Assembly: GCA_964428495.1 (NCBI GenBank)
Contig: CAYRXY010000002.1
Location: 19,784 to 83,783 of the forward strand
DNA length: 64,000 bases
From: an uncultured archaeon
GTDB taxonomy: Archaea; Aenigmatarchaeota; Aenigmatarchaeia; GW2011-AR5; JAHLMP01
Direction of reading: 5' to 3'
The notes below the pieces were generated by a model, which worked only from the letters and a program-made list of their open reading frames with translations, did not search any database and was not told the DNA's origin. Every line of letters starts with the position of its first letter. Position 1 is the stretch's first letter. The position numbers and the translations under genes were made by a program. Positions 18,090 to 26,820 of the stretch are shown in pieces.

Positions 18090-18800
18090 ATGGATCAATA
18101 TGATAAAAAAATTCACGAGCTTTCTATGAAGATGCCTCAGGACGATATCTATGGCTATCTTATTGCGAAATGGTGGAAGAAATATGAGAATGATATAGTT
18201 ACGAGAGATATGAAATATGGATTTACTTCTGTCTACCAATTTCTTCAAGTTTTAGGAAGAACTAATACAAGCATTTGGGTAGACGGAGATATAGACTGGA
18301 TATTAAAATTTACGACTAAAAAGGTGAAAAGAAGTAATAGAGATAAAATTAAACCGGTAATAACTCCCAGCTCTATAGTATGCAGAGGTGCTATCTTTTA
18401 TAACGATAAAGATAGAGAAATTTTAAGGGGGATGGATGAAGGCAAGTTTAAGGTTCCAGAAAAAGGTTATTTACTATGTAGTGCACTCTTATATCCTATA
18501 CCCAGAGTTATAGAGTACAAGAGGATTGATAAGCCTGTAAAGGGGGCTGCTGGACTAGATAAGGTTTGTAGACGCGGAGGCTGTGAATTTAAGAAGTTAT
18601 TAGAAGACGCTGGTGCAAAAAAGATAAGAGAAACATCAACTGGGTATTTAGCTGATGAAGTGATTGAACTAGTAAATGGGAAATATTCAAAATATTTAAA
18701 GGAACTCGATTCAATAGATGTAAACAAACCAAACTTTATGGATACAAAAATCCTTGGTTTATGGGAAGATGAAGAGGAGGAAATGAGAAACTATTTTTAG
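18090..18800 (+). CDS. hypothetical protein (236 aa)
   Basis: ORF only, divergent from pdaD. Acidic C-terminus. Confidence 0.55.
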   Translation: MDQYDKKIHELSMKMPQDDIYGYLIAKWWKKYENDIVTRDMKYGFTSVYQFLQVLGRTNTSIWVDGDIDWILKFTTKKVKRSNRDKIKPVITPSSIVCRGAIFYNDKDREILRGMDEGKFKVPEKGYLLCSALLYPIPRVIEYKRIDKPVKGAAGLDKVCRRGGCEFKKLLEDAGAKKIRETSTGYLADEVIELVNGKYSKYLKELDSIDVNKPNFMDTKILGLWEDEEEEMRNYF

Positions 18801-18820
18801 TTCCTAATAGAAGAATTATT

Positions 18821-19393
18821 ATGTTTCATCAATTAGATAGGAAATATCCAAAGTTTAGGCATATTTTACTAGATAAATTTGTAGGAAGAGTGAATCCAAG
18901 CTTAATTAGTATTTTGGCACTGATTTCTGCAATAATTTCGGGAATCTTCTTCTTTTATGGTCGTTTTATTTTTGGTGGAATTTTTGTACTGTTGAATGGG
19001 TTTTTTGACATACTTGATGGGGAAATTGCAAAAAGAGAAAAAAAGCAAACTAAGATTGGGGATTTCATAGATCACACGCTTGATAGAGTTTCCGATATAT
19101 TTATTTTTGGCGGTATCTCAATGAGTGGCTATGTACCTCAGTATTTGGGATTTTTGGCTCTTATATCTATACTCTTTGTTTCTTATCTAGGAACCCAAGC
19201 TCAAGCACTCTTAGATAAAAGATATTATGGAGGAATTTTAGGAAGGGCTGATAGGTTGTTTATTCTTTCCCTTTTTTCTATCCTTACACCATATCTTAAA
19301 ATTATAATGTACTACGGAATTTGGATAATATTTATTCTTTCAATAATTACAGCAATTCAAAGAATAAAATTTATCTATGATAACCTATCTTAG
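18821..19393 (+). CDS. CDP-alcohol phosphatidyltransferase family protein (second copy)
   Basis: DILDGEIAKREKKQTKIGDFIDHTLDRVSD motif. Polytopic membrane protein. Confidence 0.85.
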   Translation: MFHQLDRKYPKFRHILLDKFVGRVNPSLISILALISAIISGIFFFYGRFIFGGIFVLLNGFFDILDGEIAKREKKQTKIGDFIDHTLDRVSDIFIFGGISMSGYVPQYLGFLALISILFVSYLGTQAQALLDKRYYGGILGRADRLFILSLFSILTPYLKIIMYYGIWIIFILSIITAIQRIKFIYDNLS

Positions 19394-20175
19394 CCAATAT
19401 ATTCTAGGTCTTTTCTCTCTTCACTAATCTTCTGGAGCATCTGTTTGTGAATTTCCTCAGCTTTCTTTATTTTTTCTTCAAGTTCTTTTACCTCCTTTTC
19501 AAGGTCGGTTAGATCAACATCAAACCCAAACATATCTATGAGAATTCTCAACATAGAATCTGCAGCTATTGGATCTGCGAGCATGAATGGAAATCCAGGC
19601 GTCTCTGCCATCAAAGAAAATGCAGGTATGCCTTTTATCTTAGCAAGACCTACAAGTATTCCGGAAATCCCAACAATAGTTTCAGGTACGTGTGGTTTGA
19701 AGTTTATTCCGTATTTTTTTAGTTTCTTAATTAGTTTTTCGTCATTTACTACTCCATATATTTTAGGCTCTTTTTCTATTTTTCCAGTTGCCATCCCACC
19801 GAGAGTTACAATTTGCTTCACGCCTAATTGGATGGCAAAATCAAGTATTTTTCCAGAGATTTCATAATATCCATCCGACGTGGTTGACTGAAAGTCTCCG
19901 ATAAGAACAATGAAGTCATTCGTTTTTCCTTTGATTAAGAAAAACTCTGACTTTAATAAATGTGCCATACTTTTTTCATTAACAACAATTAATGGTAGAA
20001 AGTGCGGTGAATACATTTCTGCAATTTTTTTAGCTTTCATTTTATTAACTAAGTAACCAGCAGCAGCTCTACCAACATTTCCGATTCCTGGAAGTCCCTC
20101 TATGAGTATTGGATTTTTCAACTTTTTCGGTTTCTCAAAAATATGAATGTAAGTTTCACTCATGATTTTTTTCAC
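19390..20175 (-). CDS. PAC2-family proteasome assembly chaperone-like protein
   Basis: ILIEGLPGIGNVGRAAAGYL N-terminal motif of the PAC2/DUF75 family, plus a C-terminal coiled coil. Confidence 0.8.
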   Translation of the reverse strand: MKKIMSETYIHIFEKPKKLKNPILIEGLPGIGNVGRAAAGYLVNKMKAKKIAEMYSPHFLPLIVVNEKSMAHLLKSEFFLIKGKTNDFIVLIGDFQSTTSDGYYEISGKILDFAIQLGVKQIVTLGGMATGKIEKEPKIYGVVNDEKLIKKLKKYGINFKPHVPETIVGISGILVGLAKIKGIPAFSLMAETPGFPFMLADPIAADSMLRILIDMFGFDVDLTDLEKEVKELEEKIKKAEEIHKQMLQKISEERKDLEYIG

Positions 20176-20208
20176 CTTTATAATTATTTATCTAACCGGT
20201 ATATAAAG

Positions 20209-20670
20209 TTACTTTGGTATCTCAACTTCTGCAAGTTTGTTTATGTATTTTTCCAGTCGCCTTACCTCTCTCTCAATGTTTCTTAGCGCACTTTTTAATT
20301 TAGGATCGTTCGTTTTCCTGTACTTATCGAATTCACTCAACGTTTCCTCTACTACCTTCTTAACTTTTATTAATATTGCATCTCTCAATGCATTTAGAAG
20401 GTCTCCCTCCAATCGTACATATACTTTTCGATCTCCACTTTTCTTGATTTTTTTAACGACACCAAAAAACTCTAGAAGATCAATCGCTAGGGAAATTGAG
20501 GCCAATGAATATTTCGTTTTTTTGGCTAGCTCTTGAAGGGAAATTGGTTTTCCTTCTACCAAAAGAACCGCGATTATCTTTCCATGAACATCGGAATAGC
20601 CTATTGTTGATGTTATGTTCGAAAACAGTGAATATAATTTATGTTCCAATTCTGATTTTTTATCAGTCAT
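20209..20670 (-). CDS. winged-helix transcriptional regulator (GbsR/MarR-like)
   Basis: HGKIIAVLLVEGKPISLQELAKKTKYSLASISLAIDLLEFFGVVKKIKKSGDRKVY is a wHTH pattern. Confidence 0.65.
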   Translation of the reverse strand: MTDKKSELEHKLYSLFSNITSTIGYSDVHGKIIAVLLVEGKPISLQELAKKTKYSLASISLAIDLLEFFGVVKKIKKSGDRKVYVRLEGDLLNALRDAILIKVKKVVEETLSEFDKYRKTNDPKLKSALRNIEREVRRLEKYINKLAEVEIPK

Positions 20671-20756
20671 TTCTAGACACCAGGCACAAATATTTATATT
20701 TTTCGTTACATTACTTATAAAATAAAGTTTTAAAGCTTTTTAAAACTTGTAAAATA

Positions 20757-22328
20757 ATGTTGATCTATATGACAGAAGAAAATGAAAGGAAATTCATAAT
20801 TGAAAAGACTCAGTCTGTCTGCCCTGTTTGTAATAAGGTAATAGAGGCGACTATTTTTGAGAGGGATGGAAAGGTCTGGATAGAAAAAGATTGTCCCGAA
20901 CATGGTCACTTTGAAGACCTATACTGGGGCTCCTATGAAATGTATGTTAAAGCACGAAAGTGGGCTCATGATGGAAAGGGTATTCTAAATCCTAATACAC
21001 AGAGTGAATATTGTCCCTTCTCGTGTGGTCTATGTCCGATTCATAAAAGTCATACTGCTCTTTTAAATATTGTAGTCACGAATCGATGTAACTTAAGATG
21101 TTGGTATTGCTTCTTCTATGCTGAAAGAGCCGGATACATCTACGAACCAACATTAGAACAGATAAAAGAGATGCTAATAAATGCAAAAAGTGAAAAGCCT
21201 GTGAGATGCAATGCCGTTCAACTTACAGGAGGAGAACCTACACTTAGAGATGATCTCTTGGATATTATAAGACTCGCTAAAGAACTTGGATACGATCACG
21301 TACAGGTAAATACAAATGGTGTGAAACTTGCTCAAGACCCTGAACTATGTAAAAAGATTAGGGAAGCAGGATCTTCTACCATTTACATGAGCTTTGACGG
21401 AGTAACTAAGAGAACTAATCCAAAAAATCATGAGTTTGTTCCTAAGATATTAGAGAATTGTAGAAACGGTGGACCAGGAATTGTGTTAGTCCCTACTGTT
21501 ATAAAAGGTGTTAATGATTGTGAACTTGGTGATATCTTGAAATTTGCTGCACAAAATATTGACATAGTAAGGGGTGTGGTCTATCAGCCTGTTTCTCTAG
21601 TAGGTTCGATGCCTAAGAAGGATATTGAGAAATTTAGAATTACGATTCCAGATTGTATTGAAAGAATAGAAAGACAAACAAACGGTGAGGTCACTAAAGA
21701 TGATTGGAGACCTATACCCAGTGTCGTTCCTATTACTCATCTTATAGAAGCTTTAACAGGAAAACCTCAATATGAATTGACCTCACACTTTGCATGTGGT
21801 ATGGCAAGTTACATATTCCTAGGTGATGATGGAAAGATGGTTCCGATAATGAGATTTGTGGACGTAGATGGACTTCTTGAATATATAGATAAGTTAGCTG
21901 ACGAAGTAAGATATACAAAGCTCTTCAAATCAAGAAAAATTATCAGTGCTCTGAAGAAAGTTGATCAGTTTGTAAATAAGGATAAACAGCCTAAGGGATT
22001 TGACTTTACGAAAATGTTGATAAATATAGCAAAAAATAGGGGAAACTACGATGCATTAGGTGAGTTCCATAGAAGAACATTATTCGTAGGTCTTATGCAC
22101 TTTATGGATAAATATAATTACGACGTTGAGAGGGTAAAGCGTTGTGTTATTCATTATGGAATGCCGGATGGAAGGATCGTTCCGTTCTGTGCCTTTAATG
22201 TCTTTCCTGAGATCTACAGAGATGCAGTACAGAAGAGATATGGAATTTCTATTGACGAATGGGAGAGAAAAACTGGAAGGAAGCTTTCAGACGACTTTGT
22301 AAAGGATGTGAAGCCTTCTGAAGAGTAA
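20757..22328 (+). CDS. radical SAM protein, Tes/GDGT-MAS-like (candidate tetraether lipid synthase family)
   Basis: N-terminal CPVC..CPEHGH metal site. Two CX3CX2C motifs (CPFSCGLC and CNLRCWYC). 523 aa. Confidence 0.75.
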   Translation: MLIYMTEENERKFIIEKTQSVCPVCNKVIEATIFERDGKVWIEKDCPEHGHFEDLYWGSYEMYVKARKWAHDGKGILNPNTQSEYCPFSCGLCPIHKSHTALLNIVVTNRCNLRCWYCFFYAERAGYIYEPTLEQIKEMLINAKSEKPVRCNAVQLTGGEPTLRDDLLDIIRLAKELGYDHVQVNTNGVKLAQDPELCKKIREAGSSTIYMSFDGVTKRTNPKNHEFVPKILENCRNGGPGIVLVPTVIKGVNDCELGDILKFAAQNIDIVRGVVYQPVSLVGSMPKKDIEKFRITIPDCIERIERQTNGEVTKDDWRPIPSVVPITHLIEALTGKPQYELTSHFACGMASYIFLGDDGKMVPIMRFVDVDGLLEYIDKLADEVRYTKLFKSRKIISALKKVDQFVNKDKQPKGFDFTKMLINIAKNRGNYDALGEFHRRTLFVGLMHFMDKYNYDVERVKRCVIHYGMPDGRIVPFCAFNVFPEIYRDAVQKRYGISIDEWERKTGRKLSDDFVKDVKPSEE

Positions 22329-22364
22329 TTTTAAATTGATATTCCCCCAAATAAACTCTAACTA

Positions 22365-23510
22365 GTGATACTTATGATTGACTTTAATACAGTTTTTTTC
22401 CTATCATTTTTAGTCGCTTTAGGTATTCTTATCACAATTTATAGAAAAAGAATAAAAGTTGAAGGTCCTATTTTTATTTTTCGAACCCTTGAAGCAAAGC
22501 GATTTATAGAGAGAGTGGGGAAGAAGTACGCTAAATTCTGGAATTTTATTGGAACAATAGCAGTCGTTATTGGTGTTATAGTTTCAATTATAACGTCATT
22601 TCTTTTAATTAAGAATGCATATCTTATTTCTATTGGTACTGGTGGTCAGGGAGCCGCCCTAATTCTCCCTGCCCCTGTCTCTGGTGCTCATCTCCAGTAT
22701 GGAATTCTTTGGTTCCCGTTTCAACTTTGGATCATTATAATACCGTTACTTATAATTCCACATGAATTCTTTCATGGGTTCATTTCAGCAGCAAATAAGA
22801 TTAAAATAAAATCTCTCGGTCTTATTCTATTTCTCTTTATTCCGGGAGCTTTCGTTGAACCAGACGAAAAAAAGCTAAAAACATCTAAGTTGATGACCCA
22901 GCTAAGAATATATGCAGCAGGTTCATTCGCAAATCTTCTTGTTGCAGGTATGATACTTCTCATTGTTTCGGCATTTCACCCATATTTTTACAGTCCTTTA
23001 GGATTAGGTTATCAAGGGAATTTGAAAGGGTATCCAGCTGCTCAAGTCAATTTAAGTGGTATAATTGAAGAAATCAATGGGGTTAAAATAACTAGCGTCC
23101 AGACTATGCGATCTGTTCTGTCAAATATATCACCGAATACAACTATAACGATAAAAACAAGTACCGGAACATTCAATTTGACTACGGTAGCTAATAAGAA
23201 TCTTACAGGTTCATTTATTGGAATTGCTGGTCCATTTTCTACAGCTTATAAAATAAAATCAGAGTTCGTTATATTCAAACCGATCATAGACGGAATAAAT
23301 TTGGTATTGAAATGGGGATTTCTATTCAGCATCTTTATAGCCATGGTAAATCTGCTTCCGATGAAACCGCTTGATGGCGGATTAATGTTAGAAGCTATAT
23401 TGAAAAAATATGTAAAGGATGACGGGAAAATTGTGAATTTTGTATCTATTCTATTTCTCTTCATTTTAGTTTTCAATATAATTGGACCATATGTGATGAG
23501 AATCATCTAG
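22365..23510 (+). CDS. site-2 protease (peptidase M50) with PDZ domain
   Basis: HEFFHGF zinc motif and NLLPMKPLDGG motif in TM helices. Central PDZ-like GIIEEINGVKITS. Confidence 0.88.
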   Translation: MILMIDFNTVFFLSFLVALGILITIYRKRIKVEGPIFIFRTLEAKRFIERVGKKYAKFWNFIGTIAVVIGVIVSIITSFLLIKNAYLISIGTGGQGAALILPAPVSGAHLQYGILWFPFQLWIIIIPLLIIPHEFFHGFISAANKIKIKSLGLILFLFIPGAFVEPDEKKLKTSKLMTQLRIYAAGSFANLLVAGMILLIVSAFHPYFYSPLGLGYQGNLKGYPAAQVNLSGIIEEINGVKITSVQTMRSVLSNISPNTTITIKTSTGTFNLTTVANKNLTGSFIGIAGPFSTAYKIKSEFVIFKPIIDGINLVLKWGFLFSIFIAMVNLLPMKPLDGGLMLEAILKKYVKDDGKIVNFVSILFLFILVFNIIGPYVMRII

Positions 23511-24049
23511 AATCTTCTTCTTGCTGGAGGAGCTACGAAAATATAATATTTTTCTTTTCCTTCAAGCTCTCTTAATATGCGTTCCCTAATCACTTTAACA
23601 GGATCCGGTAATTCAGCCTTGTTTTTGACTTCTTCAAAGGATAAAAACGGTCGATGTTCTAGTATCTTTTCTACTGATTTCTTTCCTATGCCTGGTAAGA
23701 GTTCTAATTGATGAAGCCTTGGAGTAACCGTGCCGGCCTTATTGAAAAATTCTACAAATCTTTGTTCATTCTCCCTTATTAAATTATCCAAAATTTCTTC
23801 AAGAACCGTATGTGCAACGTTCGTTAATTGAGATAGTGTTAACCTCCGTCTGATTGATCTGATTTTATCTCTTTTACCTTCTCCTATATATACCCTTTCC
23901 TCTTGATGTAATTGAATACCATCCTTAGCTATGAGCTCTAGTAATGAAAAGTAACTTGTTCCGATAACTTGAGCTATGGGTATCGAGTGTCTAGATCCAG
24001 GATATCCATTTGGTAAAAAATCTAATATAATTGCATATTCCTCTCTCAT
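23507..24049 (-). CDS. DUF655-family RNA-binding protein (OB fold plus HhH)
   Basis: EEYAIILDFLPNGYP..IAQVIG and LELLPGIGKKSVEKILEHR. ATG at 24049 preceded by AGGTGA. Follows rpoF, as in other archaea. Confidence 0.8.
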   Translation of the reverse strand: MREEYAIILDFLPNGYPGSRHSIPIAQVIGTSYFSLLELIAKDGIQLHQEERVYIGEGKRDKIRSIRRRLTLSQLTNVAHTVLEEILDNLIRENEQRFVEFFNKAGTVTPRLHQLELLPGIGKKSVEKILEHRPFLSFEEVKNKAELPDPVKVIRERILRELEGKEKYYIFVAPPARRRF

Positions 24050-24097
24050 AACTATCACCTGATATTAGTTATATTCAAAGTAAGTAATAAAAAGCTG

Positions 24098-24430
24098 TTA
24101 CTTCGTGTACTTATTCACAATCTCGATTATTTTTTCTGCTTCAGGTTTCTTTATTTCCTTTCCAAGAAGGAGCATTACTTCATCAAGAATTGTAGGGAGG
24201 ATGTTTATAGTAAGTACAATCTGCTTGTGGTTTAAAAACCCTAAACCTTCCAATTCTTCTCTAAGTTTTTCTGCCTTTGACGCAGGCAACATTGGAACCT
24301 TTGTAAAGTAGTCATGAAGGATCTTTTGTTCATATTTAAGATCCTTTTTTACCTTAGCCCTTTCCAGGAGTATCTTTTTCGCCTCAATCATAGGGATTGC
24401 TTCTTCCTCCAAAACTTTCATAAAATTCAC
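24098..24430 (-). CDS. rpoF: DNA-directed RNA polymerase subunit F (Rpo4)
   Basis: 110 aa, helical. AEKLREELEGLGFLNHKQIVLTINILP. Conserved position between L21e and DUF655. Confidence 0.85.
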   Translation of the reverse strand: MNFMKVLEEEAIPMIEAKKILLERAKVKKDLKYEQKILHDYFTKVPMLPASKAEKLREELEGLGFLNHKQIVLTINILPTILDEVMLLLGKEIKKPEAEKIIEIVNKYTK

Positions 24431-24711
24431 CTTTTCATTAATTTTAGATGTTCAGGCCTTACTATTATTTTCTTTTTCGCCTTTAAATCAGTTACCTCGA
24501 TTATATAGGACTTTCCTCTAATACCGAGTATCTTTCCTGTCTTTCCTTGAAACTTATGATGAGGTATGGAAGTTTGTGAAAATAAATCTATATGAACCAT
24601 ATCTCCTACTTTAAACTTCTGTAGAAACTTATTCGGAGTGAGAACATCCTTTCTATCTAGTTTAAGCTTCTTTCTAGATTTTTCTCTTGGACCATGGGAT
24701 TTTTTTACCAT
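24427..24711 (-). CDS. rpl21e: 50S ribosomal protein eL21
   Basis: MVKKSHGPREKSRKKL..FKVGDMVHIDL..HHKFQGKTGKILGIRGKSY matches L21e. Confidence 0.93.
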   Translation of the reverse strand: MVKKSHGPREKSRKKLKLDRKDVLTPNKFLQKFKVGDMVHIDLFSQTSIPHHKFQGKTGKILGIRGKSYIIEVTDLKAKKKIIVRPEHLKLMKR

Positions 24712-25059
24712 TTAATCACCCAGCTTTAGAGATGGTACTAATTTTTCTAGTTTTTCTTTATCCTTTTTAATCATTTCCTTAAAGGTTTTTTCATTCTTTT
24801 CTAAAGATTTTATTCTTACATCAAGTTCTTCTTTTTTCTCCCCAAGTTCTTTCTTTAGTTCACTAGAGCTCTTTTTGACTATTAATGGACCGACGATTTT
24901 GTATGCTTCCTTCTTGCTTTCAATTTGCTTCAAGGCCTCTTCGATTTCAGTTTTTTCTAAGCTGAGCTTTTGTTTCTGGAGTATAATTGTCTCTAATTGT
25001 TGATTCTCAAATTGAAATCTAACAAGTAATTCTTCTATCTCCTTTTTATTATCCATCAT
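24712..25059 (-). CDS. pfdB: prefoldin beta subunit
   Basis: 115-aa two-helix coiled coil flanking AYKIVGPLIVKKS (beta hairpins). Confidence 0.85.
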   Translation of the reverse strand: MMDNKKEIEELLVRFQFENQQLETIILQKQKLSLEKTEIEEALKQIESKKEAYKIVGPLIVKKSSSELKKELGEKKEELDVRIKSLEKNEKTFKEMIKKDKEKLEKLVPSLKLGD

Positions 25060-25064
25060 ATATC

Positions 25065-25196
25065 CTACCTCGCAATAAATTCCTTAGTTCCTTCTCTTTC
25101 CTTTTTTCTTACAATTCTTGAACCACAAAATGGGCACTGAACCTTGTCTTGAAGTTCAAATTCCTTTCCACAATTAACACAGACGTATACAACCAT
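25065..25196 (-). CDS. rpoP: DNA-directed RNA polymerase subunit P (Rpo12)
   Basis: Not in the track (43 aa). MVVYVCVNCGKEFELQDKVQCPFCGSRIVRKKEREGTKEFIAR is a zinc ribbon. Directly downstream of rpl37ae, as in other archaea. Confidence 0.8.
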   Translation of the reverse strand: MVVYVCVNCGKEFELQDKVQCPFCGSRIVRKKEREGTKEFIAR

Positions 25197-25197
25197 T

Positions 25198-25383
25198 TTA
25201 TTTCACCTTAAACTCATAAGCATGAGATGAAAATTTAGTTCCACATTTTTTACATTGCCATATACCAGCAGCTACCCTTACAACGGCTACACGAGAGCAA
25301 ACCGGACATCTATATCGCTTGCTGCTCGAAGCCTTTGCCTTTTTCCATCTTTCTCGTGGAGTCTTTCCATATCTAGATACCAT
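25198..25383 (-). CDS. rpl37ae: 50S ribosomal protein eL43 (L37Ae)
   Basis: RYGKTPRERWKK..YRCPVCSRVAVVRVAAGIWQCKKCGTKF is the L37Ae zinc ribbon. Confidence 0.93.
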   Translation of the reverse strand: MVSRYGKTPRERWKKAKASSSKRYRCPVCSRVAVVRVAAGIWQCKKCGTKFSSHAYEFKVK

Positions 25384-25465
25384 AGAAAATCATTATGCCC
25401 AGAATATTTAAATAATTTAGAAAGTCCAAGAATTGGAAGAATTTAGTATTAAAGGCTTGTGAGTA

Positions 25466-25549
25466 TGCGGGGGACGGGATTCGAACCCGCGTACCCACTG
25501 AGGGACCGGCCCCTCAAGCCGGCACCTTTGACCGCTCGGCCACCCCCGC
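25466..25549 (-). tRNA. tRNA-Leu (anticodon GAG)
   Basis: Reverse complement GCGGGGGTGGCCGAGCGG.. has anticodon stem CCGGC/GCCGG with loop TTGAGGG, a long variable arm and T-loop TTCGAAT. Confidence 0.93.
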
Positions 25550-25622
25550 ATCATTTAACTAATTAATCAAAAATAGCTTAAATTTCTTGAGATTTTTAAA
25601 TCATCCATAATAATAACTATAT

Positions 25623-26228
25623 ATGGGGAAGATTATCGGTTCTATAAAAAAGAGTAAATTTTTACAACATGAAACAAAGAGGTACGCACTTAGAAAATTT
25701 TTACTCATTCTTTTAATTGTGGTGGGATATTTTGTCTTTGTTTCGTTAAAGTTTGGAATTGAGAATGGACTCTGGGTAACGATACTTACATGGTCATTTT
25801 TCGTATTTTGTACACCAATAGCAGACGCTGGTTTTCTTTTTGACTTTCCAATTAGACTTACTACTGGTATAAGAATGTTCCATTCTGAAATCGGCGTTTG
25901 GATGTTTGCTGTTATTCTCAACATATTTACCTTAAAGTTCAATCCAGAAATATATCAAAAAACAATAGTATTAAAACTATTTCACTATATCATCGTTCAT
26001 CCATTTCCATACTGGTTAATCACAGTATTATCGGCAATCGGAACTTATCTATCCATTTATTTTGGTGACGAATTAATAGACGTAGCAAGACATAGAAATC
26101 GATCAAAGTACTTTAGGCACAGAGGAAAACATGAATTTGTTATATTTCTCTTCTTAATAGTTCTAACAATAATTTTGTACAATTTCTTGCTTGAAAGGCT
26201 GGGAATTAACATTATTCACTGGGTATAA
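25623..26228 (+). CDS. hypothetical polytopic membrane protein (201 aa)
   Basis: Five or six hydrophobic helices. Preferred over the overlapping minus-strand ORF 25601..25942. Confidence 0.55.
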   Translation: MGKIIGSIKKSKFLQHETKRYALRKFLLILLIVVGYFVFVSLKFGIENGLWVTILTWSFFVFCTPIADAGFLFDFPIRLTTGIRMFHSEIGVWMFAVILNIFTLKFNPEIYQKTIVLKLFHYIIVHPFPYWLITVLSAIGTYLSIYFGDELIDVARHRNRSKYFRHRGKHEFVIFLFLIVLTIILYNFLLERLGINIIHWV

Positions 26229-26249
26229 ATAACAATATGGGTCTACAAA

Positions 26250-26792
26250 ATGAAAATAAAAACTAGTCCAAATGTTTATGAACCAAGAGAAGATACATAT
26301 CTTCTTTTGGATGTTGTAAAAAGATTAAAGGCAAATAAAGCGCTGGAAATTGGTATTGGAACGGGAATCATTTCTCTTTATTTGGCAAGAAATTGTAGAG
26401 AAGTCCATGGAGTAGATATAAATCCAGAAGTTATTAATCTTGCTAAGCAAAATGCAAAGATTAATGGAATAAGGAACGTTAAATTTTGGATTAGTGATTT
26501 ATTTTCTAATGTAAAAGATACGTACGATCTTATTATTTTCAATCCACCGTATATTCCAGGCAAGGCAAAGAAAGAAATAGAAAAAAGTTGGGCAGGTGGT
26601 AAAAACGGAAGGGAGATTATTGAAAACTTTCTTAGAAATGTGAGAAATTATCTTCAACCAAATGGAAAATTTTTTATATTAGTTTCATCTTTTAACAATC
26701 CTGAATACCTGATCGAGAAATATAGTTTAAAAATAGTAAAAAATACCAGTCTATTTTTTGAAAAACTCTTTGTGTTAGAAGGCTATAAATAG
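26250..26792 (+). CDS. HemK/Mtq2-like N5-glutamine (NPPY) SAM methyltransferase
   Basis: SAM motif LEIGIGTGIISL and catalytic IIFNPPYIP. 180 aa. Confidence 0.82.
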   Translation: MKIKTSPNVYEPREDTYLLLDVVKRLKANKALEIGIGTGIISLYLARNCREVHGVDINPEVINLAKQNAKINGIRNVKFWISDLFSNVKDTYDLIIFNPPYIPGKAKKEIEKSWAGGKNGREIIENFLRNVRNYLQPNGKFFILVSSFNNPEYLIEKYSLKIVKNTSLFFEKLFVLEGYK

Positions 26793-26820
26793 ATTTAAGA
26801 AGTCCCGATAAGTCATAATT

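Noticed and set aside
25601-25942. 113-aa minus-strand ORF overlapping the membrane-protein ORF
   Set aside because: The plus-strand ORF (25623..26228) is longer and gives regular TM helices. The minus-strand product has no coherent features.
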